From positions 62,001 through 126,000 of the forward strand of contig JAXLNO010003783.1 of the NCBI GenBank assembly GCA_038087875.1: a stretch of DNA of 64,000 nt, read 5' to 3'. The notes beneath the pieces are model-generated. The model was not told where the DNA came from. It searched no databases and was given only the letters and a program-made list of their open reading frames with translations. The position numbers and the translations under genes are program-made. The stretch is from Malacoraja senta (lineage: Eukaryota). Every line of letters begins with the position of its first letter. The first letter of the stretch is position 1. Shown in pieces: positions 49,190 to 60,990 of the stretch.

Positions 49190-50921
49190 TTTCTCAAGTT
49201 CAGCTTCACAAGCATTGTTCAAAATCCGTGGTCAAGCCGCAATGTGTTCTCTGTGCCAAGGTTTAGAGTCACGAGAGCATGAAGCCCAGCAAACTGAAGA
49301 TCCATTTGGTGTCTTGTCACAGCAACCTGGCGGGGAAGAGCGTGGACTATTTCAAACGAAAAAAAGCCATACTCAAGGGTTCCCGCATCTATTCAACGGG
49401 TCACTGCGCTCATCAAAATGAAGCAGCGTTGGAGGCTTCATACCGGATTGCTTATCGAATCGCACAGACTAAGAAACCTCACAGCATCGGTGAAGAGCTT
49501 ATCAAGCCATGCCTTCTCGAAACAGCGAAGTTGGTGCTGGGGGAAGAGCAGTCAAACAAGTTCAGGCAGATTTCCCTTTTGAATGACACAGTCAAAAGTT
49601 GAATCTCGGATATGAGTAATGATATTCTGCTGCAAGTAGTGAGGGCTGTGACGAGCTGTCCAGTGTATTCACTGCAACTGGGCGAGTCAACAGATGTTGC
49701 CTCATGTTCCCAACTGCTAGTCTACGTTCGTTACCTCAATGGAGGAGTACCTGTTCTCGGAGCCATTGGCTACTACCACTCGGGGAGAAGATGTGTTCAG
49801 AATGCTGGAAGCCTTCCTCATCAAACATGAGCTTGGCTGGGAATGCCTTGTCGGGATGTGTACAGTTGGGGCACCTTCCATGGTCGGTTGCAGATCCGGT
49901 TTCCAAGCCTTCGTGAAGGATGTCGCTCCCCATGTCTCCTTCACCCACTGCATGATACATCGCCATGCTTTGGCGATGAAGACTCTCCCTCTTGGTCTTC
50001 TAGAAGTGCTTTCAGATGTGGTGAAGATTGTGAACCACATCCGAGAGCGCAACAAACTCAAGAATCTTCAATCGATGTGTGAAGAAATGGGCGCCGATTT
50101 CACTATTCTGTTATTCCACACAGAAGTGCGCTGGCTTTTGCGTGGTAAAGTTCTCAACCATGTGATTCGACCGAGTGGAAATAGCGCTGTTCTTGGAGAG
50201 AAGGGGTACTGAGAAGGAGAATCAGCTTCATGAAAAGATGCAGGATGAACTGTTCGTGATGAAGGTTGCTTACTTGGCTGACTTCTTCGCTGAGGTGAAT
50301 TCCTTGAACCTGTAATTTCAAGGAAACATCCCAATGCTACACACAGCTTGTGGCAAAGTGGCAGCGTTCAGGAGGAACCTTTACCAGAGAAGAGTCCAGG
50401 ACGGTGACATGGCTATCTTCCCTGAGATGACGACTCTCCTGGATGCTACGCCTGATGCTGAATGCCACTTCCACGAGGAGATCTCAACCCACCATCTGGC
50501 AATTAGTGAAGCCATCGAACGTTACTTCCCCAGACTGGACAACTGCTCTCATGATGAGTGGATCATCCGACCCTTTTCCGTTGAAGACGGTGGCATCAGT
50601 GATACTGATGTAACTGCGAAGGTTGAATTTTACCGAATTCGTGAAGATGCGCAACTCAAGAGTGACTTCATGGAACAAGAGCTCGCCACGTTTTGGCTGA
50701 AAGTGAAGGATTGTCCTGCTCTTTCAAAGAGGGCCCTGACCCTATTGGTCCATTCCCCCTCAACCTCTCACTGTGAGGGTGGATTCTCAACTATGGTAAC
50801 TCTGAAAACGAAGGTACGCAATAGGCTTGTGATCGACACTGACATGAGATGCTGCCTGTCGAGCATTCGTGCTCGTTTTGATTGCCTGATGACTGCGAAG
50901 CAATTTCAGCCATCCCATTGA
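49190..50921 (+). pseudogene. Buster-family (ZBED5/SCAND3/FAM200-like) transposase remnant
   Basis: Broken ORFs 49279-49602, 49612-49830, 49739-50212 and 50334-50921 carry KPHSIGEELIKPC, YSLQLGESTDV, HCMIHRHALA, HTEVRWLLRGKVL and CEGGFSTM. Several frameshifts and stops. Confidence 0.9.
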
Positions 50922-51889
50922 CTGAGCAATGGCAGAAATGTTTTAATAAATCGGGCTGTTTTTCTTCAAATTTTGTTTCAGAGGTCACGGTACTGATCAA
51001 GAATGCCCGATGGGGTCGTGGGGCCAAAAAGGTTAAGAACAACTGCTCTAATACTTAAAAGTAAAGGGGCAAATAAAGGCCACCAAGGTTTCATGGTTAG
51101 TTTATTGTCACATACCAATTAAGGTACATTGAAATGCAGACTACCATACACCATACAAAAAAAAGCAACAAGATACCCAATAACGTAAAAGTTAACATAA
51201 ACATCCACAACAGAGGAGCCCGCACGTTCCTCACTGTGATAGAAGGCAATAAAGTCTAATCTCCTTCCTCTTTATCTCCCGCAGTCAGGGCAGTCAAACA
51301 ATCTACAGTCGGTGGTCGAAACCCCCGTTGGGGAATCGAAACTCCCACATCGGAGCGGTCGAAACTCCTGCGGCTTGGAGGTCCCGGATGTCGGTCTCGA
51401 CCGAGGACCGCGGGCTCCGCGATGTTAAAGTCTTGCAGGCTCTCACAGTTGGAGCTCTAAAGTCGATCCCCGACAGGGATTGCGAGCTCCATGATGGTAA
51501 GTACACAGTCTCCTGCGATGGATCTCCCGGTCGATCTCTAGCAAAGGCCGCCATTCCTCAATGTTAGGCCGCATTGTGGACGGAGATACGATACAGAAAA
51601 TATCACATCAACGTCGAGGGTAAGAGATTAGGAAAAGTTTCCCACAACTCCCCCAACCCCCCCCCCCAAAACAAGCTAAAGAACACTAAAGAATATACAT
51701 TTAACACGTACAAAACGGACACAAAGAAGGAAGGGACAGACATACTGTTGGCGAGGCAACCATTGCAGCAAAAGGTGGATTGCTTAAGGATATAGAAGGG
51801 AATATGTGCCTGGAGTTTGTGGATATAGGCGAGGTTTGGTTTCACCAAGGAAGACATGTAGAATAGTAAGGACCATTAATAGTAAGTAC

Positions 51890-52452
51890 ATCATAAAATC
51901 CTCCAACATTTTTGCCACCTCCAACGGGATCCCACTACTGGTCACATCTTCCCATCTCCACCCCTTTCTGCTTTCCGCAGAGACCGTTCCCTCCGAAACT
52001 TCCTGGTCAACTCGTCCCTTCACACCCAACCCACCCGCTCCCCGGATACTTTCCCCTGCAACCACAGGAGATGCAACACCTGTCCCTTTACGTCCCCCGT
52101 CGACTCCGTCCAAGGACCTAAAGTCTTTCCAGGTGAGGCAGAAGTTCACTTGCACCTCTTCCAACCTCATCTACTGTATCCGCTGTTTCAGTTGTCAACT
52201 TCTCTACATCAGTGAGACCAAGCGCAGGCTCGGCGATCGTTTTGCTGAACACTTCCCCTCAGTCCGTCTTACCCTACCCGATCTCCCGGTGGCTCAGCAC
52301 TTCGACTCCCCCTCCCAATCCCAATCTGACCTTTCTGTCCTGGGCCTCCTCCATTGTCAGAGTGAGGCCCAGCCCAAATTGGAGGAACAACACCTCATAT
52401 TTCGCTTGGGTAGTCTATACTCCAGCGGTATGAACATTGACTTCTATAACTT
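51890..52452 (+). mobile_element. Penelope-like GIY-YIG fragment
   Basis: NLIYCIRCFSCQLLYISETKRRLGDRFAEH...LIFRLGSLYSSGMNIDF. Confidence 0.9.
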
Positions 52453-52960
52453 TCATAGATACATAGATACATAGAAAATAGGTGCAGGAGTAGGCCATTC
52501 GGCCCTTCGAGCCTCCACCGCCATTCAATATGATCATGGCTGATCATCCAACTCAGTATCCCGTACCTGCCTTCTCTCCATACCCCCTGATCCCCTTAGC
52601 CACAAGGGCCACATCTAACTCCCTCTTAAATATAGCCAATGAACTGGCCTCAACTACCCTCTGTGGCAGAGAGTTCCAGAGATTCACCACTCTCTGTGTG
52701 AAAAAGTTTTTCCTCATCTCGGTCTTAAAGGATTTCCCCCTTATCCTTAAGCTGTGACCCCTTGTCCTGGACTTCCCCAACATCGGGAACAATCTTCCTG
52801 CATCTAGCCTGTCCAACCCCATAAGAATTTTGTACGTTTCTATAAGATCCCCTCTCAATCTCCTAAATTCTAGCGGGTATAAGCCAAGTCTATCCAGTCT
52901 TTCTTCATATGAAAGTCCTGACATCCCAGGAATCAGTCTGGTCATCCCAGGAATCAGTCG
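52453..52960 (-). mobile_element. CR1 LINE 3' fragment
   Basis: YEERLDRLGLYPLEFRRLRGDLIETYKIL; (atagatac)n tail. Confidence 0.9.
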
Positions 52961-53019
52961 ATAGCCCTTGATTTCTCTCTCCATCCCCTCCCCCTTCCCA
53001 ATTCTGCCACCAGTCTTAA

Positions 53020-53610
53020 AGGCCTGTCTCACGAATCTGCGGTCATTGGCGGCGAAACGGGAACAATCTGCCGCCATAGACCGCGCACTCGTGAGAACGT
53101 ACAATTCCAGGGCCGTGCGGCGGTGTTCCCAACACCGCGCGGTGCTAAAATAAAATCGACAATGTCAAAAACCATATACTCACCGCACAACCTCCACCAG
53201 TGATGCACAAGTGCGGCACGGCCGCTCGCACGGGCCGCCGCCAGTGTGGCTCGAGCGACGTGCGTCAAACCTCCACTGCCACAGCCTCCGCCAGTGAGGC
53301 ACGTGCCGCCGCCAGTGAGGCATGTGTGCTGCACGGCCGCAGGCACAGCCACCGCTACAGGATGGCCGCCGCCACAGCCGCCGCTGGCGAGTCACGTGCG
53401 GCGGGCCGACGTCATCGCAGTCGGCCCGCCCTTTTTTTACTTACCGCAAGCACGTGGGACCCGCTGTGTTTGAATTAACTCGGCCCCCGCGCAGCATCCG
53501 TGCGGCGCTCTGGTGGATAGGCTCGACGCTCTCGCCGTTGCCGCGCGGTCCTCGCTACCGGCGACGCCGCGCTTCACCGCCGATGACCGCAAACAGGTAA
53601 GACAGAGCCT
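53020..53610. mobile_element. GC-rich TTAA MITE, same family as 26602-27246
   Basis: TTAA at 53016-19 and TTAC on the right. TIR of about 37 bp AGGCCTGTCTCACGAATCTGCGGTCATTGGCGG. Shared internal repeats. Confidence 0.8.
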
Positions 53611-53934
53611 TTACTGTCTCCGCCGACATTCTATCTTTGTCCCTCCCCTGACATCAGTCTGAAGAAGGGTCTCGACCCAAGACAATGCCCATTCCTTCTC
53701 TCCAGGGAAGCTGCCTGACCCGCTGAGTTACACCAGCATTTTGTGTCTCTCTTCGATTTTAACATCTGCAGCATCTGCAGTTCTTTCTTACACATGGAGA
53801 ATCAGTGTGGAGAATGCTAACATGCAGGGACACTTTGAAGTTAAGCAAGAAGGAGATGTTGGATCACTTGAAGAGAAATGTGGATAAATCCCCAGGACAG
53901 AGGGGTGTAGTGGATGATAATAATAATCGTTTAA

Positions 53935-54365
53935 AAGATTAGTGTCGTGCTGGTTTCCGACGGGCACGGTGACGGACGCTGCACACATCTCTGTCCATGC
54001 AGCTGGCAAACTCCTCTTTTATCTCTACACATGCGTCTTCCATCAACGTCTTCAGCATCATCTTGATTGGCTGTCCTGGGTCAAGTCTTCCATGGGTGGG
54101 TTCCCACAGCACAACCTTGTTTGCTGGCATTTCTGGGTGGCGGAGCCAGTGACCTGCGAGCCTCATCCTTCTCAACGTGATCTTCTCGGTCAGAGGTGGA
54201 TTCTCCCCATAGAGCTGGGCGTTGGTGATGTGGTCCCTCCATCTGCATTTTGAACTTTTCCGAGCAATCGGGTGTAGGTACCATCAAGAGACTTGGACAG
54301 TGCTGGAGTGAGAGTCCATGCCTCACACCCGTACAATAATATGGTCTCTACAGTTGCAACGAAGG
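53935..54365 (-). mobile_element. RTE-clade LINE 3' fragment
   Basis: RRMRLAGHWLRHPEMPANKVVLWEPTHGR. Confidence 0.75.
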
Positions 54366-54525
54366 CCAAATATTCAGGCTGTAGTTCAGTGACAAGTAGA
54401 GTTCTGCAGGGATCTGTGCTGTGACCCTTGCTACTTGTGACATATATAAATAACTTGGACCCTGGTGTTCAGAAATTACCCAGTCATAACAATTAATCAA
54501 ATAATGATTTTTATTTTTATTTCAT

Positions 54526-54801
54526 ATTATCGCTATATTGAAGGACAGTTTGGTTGTGAGATGGACGATCACAGTCCCACTGTAGGGATATTGAAGTTGG
54601 CTTTTGATGGAAGATATGCATTTAGTTTTGATAAGGACAAACTAAAGTGGACGGTGCATGATCCAATAGCTGAGACCTTCAAAGAGAAATGGGACAAGAA
54701 TGAAAAAATGAACCGTTATTTCAAGAGCTTGTTAGAACATGACTGTGTGGATCTATGGCTTACAAACTATGCAATTGGAAAGACATACCTGACCAGAAAA
54801 G
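54526..54801 (+). CDS. MHC class I exon 3, alpha2 domain (acceptor reads AT, not AG)
   Basis: 276 nt, the canonical alpha2 length. Reads (N)YRYIEGQFGCEMDDHSPTVGILKLAFDGRYAFSFDKDKLKW...KEKWD...LEHDCVDLWLTNYAIGKTYLTRK, with the Cys pair. Donor g|GTGAGT at 54802; the polypyrimidine tract ends tttcAT at 54524-25. Confidence 0.92.
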
Positions 54802-55039
54802 GTGAGTTCAGAACAAAGGATGTTGTTTTGTGATGGTAGGCAATGAGTAATATTTCACTCTGAGGCAATGAGTAATATTATCTCTGACCCAATCATGACA
54901 GAGGGAAAGGTAATTCGGCCCATTGAGTCGATGCTAGTTTTCCATGCAATGTCGACAAACTGTTTCACAGCTCTCTCTCACAACTTGCACTCAGCTCCCT
55001 CGGATTCTCCTTTCATTCAGCTCCACTATAGATAATTTG

Positions 55040-55443
55040 CAATGTCCAACTAACTGACATGCTTCCACTATATAAGCCTTCTGAGACCAATCTGTTAGTG
55101 ATTCCCAGAGTAAATACAAAACATGGGAAAGCAGGATTTAGTTACTATGCAACAAATAGCTGGAATAAACTTCCTGAAGATTTAAGACTTGCCCCTACTT
55201 TCACCACTTTTAAAACAAGACTGAAAACTTTTATGTTTACTTTAGCTTTCAGCTAAATCTTAACTACATTGCACTTTTAACTTTTGCACTTTTCTCTAAT
55301 GCATTTTTAACTTTGCTTTTATTTTATTTTAATTCTTCTATTTTATTACATTTCATTATTTCATTTTATTGTATGACATGTTTTTATGTGAAGCACTTTG
55401 AGTCTGCCTCGTGTATGAAATGTGCTATATAAATAAAGTTGCA
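55040..55443 (+). mobile_element. L2-clade LINE 3' end
   Basis: NLLVIPRVNTKHGKAGFSYYATNSWNKLPEDLRLAPTFTTFKTRLKT; tail gtgaagcactttgag...tgctatataaataaa. Confidence 0.8.
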
Positions 55444-55779
55444 GTAACTCACTGGCACGTCTTTGGTATATGGGACAAAACTGGAGCACATGGAGGAAGC
55501 CAACTGAGTCATAAGGTCATAAGTGATGGTGCAGCATTTGAACATTCGGCCCATCAAGTCTACTTCGCCATTCAGTCATGGCTGATCTATCTCTCCTTCC
55601 TAACCCCATTCTGCCTTCTCCTCATAACTCCTGACATGCATACTAATCAAGAATCTATCTACACCTTAAAAATATCCAAAGACATCTGTGGCAAATAATT
55701 CCGCAGAATCACCACCCTCTGACAAAATAAATTCCTCCTCATCTCTTTCCTAAAGGAATGTCCTTTAATATTGAGACTA

Positions 55780-56280
55780 TTGGAATTGGATCCTGACTCA
55801 AAACTAATAATACTAGGAATATCAGAACAAAGCCTAACGCTCACAACAAGCCAAAGAAACTTTCTCGACTATAGTATAATAACTGGGAAAAACGAATATT
55901 AAAATTTTGGAAAGGCCCTATAACCCCCACAATTAAAATGTGGATTATGGAAATGTCGGAGACCCTACACTTGGAAAGAATTAGACTTGTCTTAATGGAC
56001 AAACAAGAACTTTTTGTCAGAATGTGGTCTCCATTCATTGACTATTTGAAGGGGTAGATTGGTTCAGCACGAGAACCTAACTGAAGTTCGAATTTAGGAT
56101 TAGAGGAAAAGTAACATTTTATAATCTATGAACCTATCTCCAATGATGTATTATTAGTAAACCATTCCATTCTTTTTTATTATGCCATTTGCTTTCTTAC
56201 TGTTTTTTTTATTTTCTTCTTTTCTCACTTTCTATCTATATAAAAAAAACTAGAACCAATTCATAACTAATAATATTTAT
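55780..56280 (+). mobile_element. L1/Tx1-clade LINE 3' fragment
   Basis: LELDPDSKLIILGISE...ILKFWKG...MWIMEMSETLHLERIRL...WSPFIDYL. Confidence 0.8.
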
Positions 56281-56284
56281 AATA

Positions 56285-56510
56285 TAATAATAATAATAAT
56301 GGATGGGAGTTATATAGCGCCTTTCTAATACTCAAGGCGCTTTACATCGCATTATTCATTCACTCCTCAGTCACACTCGGTGGTGGTGAGCTACTTCTGT
56401 AGCCACAGCTGCCCTGGGGCAGACTGACGGAAGCGTGGCTGCTAATTTGCGCCTACGGCCCCTCCGACCACCACCAATCACTCACACACATTCACACACA
56501 TTCACACAAT
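56285..56510 (-). mobile_element. 3' half of a SINE-like element with L2-type tail and (TAT)n end
   Basis: Reverse complement ends tgtaaagcgccttgagtattagaaaggcgctatataa...(tat)n. Unlike the V-SINEs in this window. Confidence 0.6.
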
Positions 56511-56589
56511 ATACGACTGATACACATGAAATGTTTTTATTATGATATGTGCTTGCTTCTAATACAAATATTATTAAAATAATAATAAT

Positions 56590-56920
56590 AATAATAATAT
56601 TGAGACTATAACCTCTAGTCATAGATTCTCCCACCAGTGGAGATCCTCTCCACATCCACTCTATCCAAGCTTTTCACTATTTGGTATGATTCAATGAGGT
56701 CCCCCCTTATTCTTCTAAAATCCAGCGAGTACAGGTCCACTGCCATCAAATGCTCATCATATGTTAATCCATTAATTCCTGGGATCATTCTTGTACACCT
56801 CCTCTGGACCCTCTATAGAGCCAGCACATCCTTCCTCAGATATGGTGCCCAAAATTGCTCACAATGCTCCAAATGTGGCTTGACCAGCGCCTTATAGAAC
56901 CTCAGCATTACATCCCAGCT
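56590..56920 (-). mobile_element. CR1 ORF2 C-terminal fragment
   Basis: LRFYKALVKPHLEHCEQFWAPYLRKDVLAL. Confidence 0.8.
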
Positions 56921-57239
56921 TGACAGGGAGAAAATGCAATTGATGTCTTTCATATTAGTTAACCATGGATTTTCTTGACCACAGTTGACAGCCCCTAATG
57001 GGATTGCATCTCTTTCACACATCTCAAAGGAGCACAGCGTTAAGCTTCGAAGGGCAAAATTTACACGAGTTGTGCAGGTCAAGTGTTTTTTTGCAGAGAG
57101 AGCTTGATACCTAGAATGCGCTACCAGGAGTGGTGGTAGAGGAGGACATGATAATGGTGCTTAAGAAGGTTTTGGACAGGCTCGTGGTTATGCAGGGAAT
57201 AGAAGGATATGGATCACATGCAGGCAGTGGAGATTAGTT

Positions 57240-57535
57240 TTGGTTTAGTTTAGAGATAGAGTATGGAAACAGGAACTTTGGGCCACTGAGTCCGCACTGA
57301 CCAGCAATTGCCCATTCACTATTTCTGTCCGACAAGCTAGGGACAATTTACAGAAGCCAATTAACCTACAAACCTGCACGTCTTTTGTATTTGGGAGGAA
57401 ACCGGAGCCCCCAGAGAAAACCCACAGGGTGACAGAGGGAACGTACAAACTCCGTCCAGACAGCACTCTAGTCAGGATCAAACCCGGGTCTCTAATGCTG
57501 TAAGACAGCCACTCTATCACTGTGCCTCTGTGTTG
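57240..57535 (-). mobile_element. V-SINE (HE1-like)
   Basis: Tail to head in reverse orientation. Confidence 0.85.
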
Positions 57536-59137
57536 CCTTAGTTTAACTTGGTATCCTGTTCCACATGGACATTGCAGGCTGAAAGTCCTGTTCTTGTACT
57601 GTTCTATGTTCTATATATTCTCATTGGACAGGGCAGGAATATGTTTTCCACTCCTCCAGCCTCCATGTTGAATACTTACTCCCAGTTTAAATCTGATTCA
57701 ATTAGTCAATCCATTTCTCCCTCCCCTCCTGCCCTGATCCCCATTCTATATCTTGAAGTAGTCATTCCCTTTTTCACTCCCTGGTCTGTCTACTATCCCC
57801 ACAACTTTCCTCTACTTTCCTGTCTTGGTGCATGCAACATCAATCCATTTACCTCTTCCCTTCCCACTGTCGATAGACCCAGGTAGTTCTTCAAAGTGAA
57901 ACAGTGTGAAACACAAGCACTTCCAGTCAAATCTACTGCATTTAGTTTTCATGATGTAATCTTCCACACTGCATCAATGAAACAAATTGAGTGGCTGCTT
58001 TCTGGAGAACCTGCATTCAATCCATGGGACTTTCTAAGATTCCTAATTCCTGCCACTTTAATTCTCCATTCAACACCCACCATGATCCATCCATCTGTAC
58101 CTCTTACACTAGGATAACAAGGGTGAAAGTAGCCTTGAGGACCAACAACTCAGCTTCTGTCTGGACATGTTGCAGCATTTCAAACTCAATTCCACATTCA
58201 ACGAGTTGCATTCCCTGTCGATAAAAGAACTGGTCATTTCAACTGTTAAGTTGAAGTCTGAAAGAACAGATGCAAGAAGTGTGAAGCAGGATCCCAAGCT
58301 GAAACATTACATAACCATGTCTTCCAGATGCTGCCTGAACCACTGAGTTACACCTGCACATTTTTTTTTTTTTAAAATTACAGTAAAGTCATCCACCAGC
58401 AAAATCAGGACAGCCTGACCTACTTGAGTACTGCAGTATGTACTGCATTTTATATAACTCTGTTTAGTTTCATGCATGCAGAGATGCAGTGAAATGGTTT
58501 GGATGGAACAGCAGATGCTGTACACCCCCGTCCCTTCTCTCCAGAGATGCTGCCTGTCCCACTGAGTTACTCCAGCTTTTTGTGTCTATCTGCAGTGTTG
58601 TTCTGCATTCTCTCCAGTCAAGTCATACTGTACATAAGTACAATACGTCCACTTCTGGAACAGCACGCAGAGATCCACCACATTCCAGGAACTATCTTGC
58701 AGCTTCCAAGTCTCTGAAAAGTCTGATTTTGCCCTAAGGAAATACCCATTTTCTCATGTTAAGGCCCAGTGTCATAACAGCACTGGATTGATGAAGTAGA
58801 GGCACCTGCCTCAGTTTAAGTTTTTCTGTTTCAAGATTGTGATCAAACCCTCATCACTGAACTGTGTCGCAGTGCCACCCATTACGTATCAGTCCCAATT
58901 ATCGTTCAACATGCTGGAATCACTTGTTTTTTATCCATTTTAGAATTTTTTGATGAATTGTTCAGAATAAACAGTTATGCTACAACAGTTAAGCGCAGCT
59001 ACCACTTAGTTCCAGAGACGTAACAACACAAGAGATAGTGTTGGAAGAATGATCAAACTCTCACATAGTGGTTAGAATCCATAGTCTATTATTAGTAGCT
59101 CTGCAGAGGAAACACAAGGTGCTTTCTTCTCAGCATG

Positions 59138-59378
59138 NNNNNNNNNNNNNNNNNNNNNNNNNNNNNNNNNNNNNNNNNNNNNNNNNNNNNNNNNNNNNNN
59201 NNNNNNNNNNNNNNNNNNNNNNNNNNNNNNNNNNNNNNNNNNNNNNNNNNNNNNNNNNNNNNNNNNNNNNNNNNNNNNNNNNNNNNNNNNNNNNNNNNNN
59301 NNNNNNNNNNNNNNNNNNNNNNNNNNNNNNNNNNNNNNNNNNNNNNNNNNNNNNNNNNNNNNNNNNNNNNNNNNNNNN
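59138..59378. other. Assembly gap (241 N) inside intron 3 of the class I gene
   Basis: Run of N. Confidence 1.
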
Positions 59379-59454
59379 CGGAGCCACAGTATGAGTGACA
59401 CTAATCTACAGATAGGCACAGGGGTAAGTTTCGGTTTATTATTGTCACGTTTAG

Positions 59455-59722
59455 TTTTGAGGTACAGCATGGAAATAGGCCTTTTGGCCCACTGAACCTG
59501 TGCTGACTAACGACCACCCAAATATTAGTTCTATCCTACACACTAGGGACAATTTACAGAAGCCAAAAAACTTACAAACCTGCACTTCTTTGAATGTGAT
59601 GGAACTGTAGCACCCGGAGATAACTCACATGGTCACAGAGAGAATATATGAACTCTATATAGACAGCACCCATTGTCAGGATTGAACTTTGGTCTGTGGT
59701 ACTGTAAGGCAGCAACTTTCCA
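59455..59722 (-). mobile_element. V-SINE (HE1-like), degenerate
   Basis: gtacagcatggaaataggcc...ggcagcaactttcc. Confidence 0.75.
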
Positions 59723-60990
59723 GGTACAGTTGCATGCTATCCAATTGGATGAGATAACAACATACATATATATGATCAAGTCAACTCAAGTACTGTAGAT
59801 AGAGCAAAGGGGAAGGTACAGAGTGTGGCATATAGTTCTCAGCAATGTAGCACACCAGTTCCATTAGATAAAGGTTTTGACACGAAACGTGACACATTCC
59901 TGCCTGACCCGTTGAGTTACTCTAGCATTTTGTGTCTATCTGCGGTTTAAACCAGCATCTACAGTTCCTTCCTACATAGTTCTATAAACAGTCCACTGTC
60001 TGTAATGGGGTAGTGGTCAATTGGACAGAACCCAAGCTTATGGAATGATCATTCAGAAGTCTGATTTTCTCCTCGGTTATCAAGTTTCCGAGTAAGCCAT
60101 TTGGTCCTCTAACCTGCCCACCATTCAATATGACCATGGCTGACGTTCCTCAGGCATCACCTCCTGTTCAGTGTCAGTTCCCCATAGCACTCAATTCTCC
60201 AATCTTTCAAAAGTTTAACTACCGCCACATTAAATACTTCCAATGAGTTTGTCTTCACAAATCTCTGGGGTCAAGAGCGCCAGAGAATGACCACACTCTG
60301 CAAAAAGAGATTTTGTAAACAAATGACTGGTCTCTTTTATCTCTTATTGAAGAGGAGTGAAAATACTGCCAATTTTAAGCTTGGCCGCTCCCCAATTGGC
60401 CCTCATTTCGTAACTTGTCAATTATTTATTATTGTCAATAATGTGCCCTAGTGAAACGATTTGCTGTTGGTATTAGTTTATTATTGTCACGTGAACTGAG
60501 ATATAGTCAAAAGTTTGTCTGTGTGTTATCCAATCAGATCATACTACACATGTGCAATCAAGCCATCCACAAGTAGATCCGTGCAAAGAGAAAGCTACTC
60601 AGAGTGCAGAATATCGGGTTACAATATCATAGCATTACAGTTACAGAGAAAGTGCAGATCAAAAAGAGTTGCAAGGTTCACAATGAGATTGGTTGGAAGA
60701 TCAGGACAACATCTTATCTTACATGAGAATCATTCAGTAGTCCAATAACAGTGGGGAAGGAACTGTTCCTGAATTTAATGGTACGTACTTTCAAACTTTG
60801 TTGTGTACTGTCTTAACAGGGAGCGTACGATCCCTTTTAAACCACGTGGTTGGTTGATGGTGACGATAGAGGCAAAATGGGGCAGATGTGGACAGTAACT
60901 TGGTTGTTGTAGTAGACTGAAGAATATTTTGTGGTGGGTGACTGTGGAAGTTTTACTGAAGGTGAAAATAACCATCTTACTGTCTTGTAG

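Larger units (their letters stand above)
46125..51045 (+). mobile_element. Buster/Charlie-type hAT transposon, degenerate, with nested insertions
   Basis: TIRs CAGTGGTTCTTAACCT (46125) and AGGTTAAGAACAACTG (ends 51045). Degenerate 8-bp TSD CTCCAAAG / CTCTAATA (nnnTAnnn type). Confidence 0.85.

Noticed and set aside
54465-54525. Hydrophobic N-terminal extension MFRNYPVITINQIMIFIFIS of the alpha2 ORF as a signal or TM segment
   Set aside because: It is the intronic polypyrimidine tract read in frame; the exon starts at 54526.
59068-59470. ORFs spanning the N run
   Set aside because: Artefacts of translating an assembly gap.
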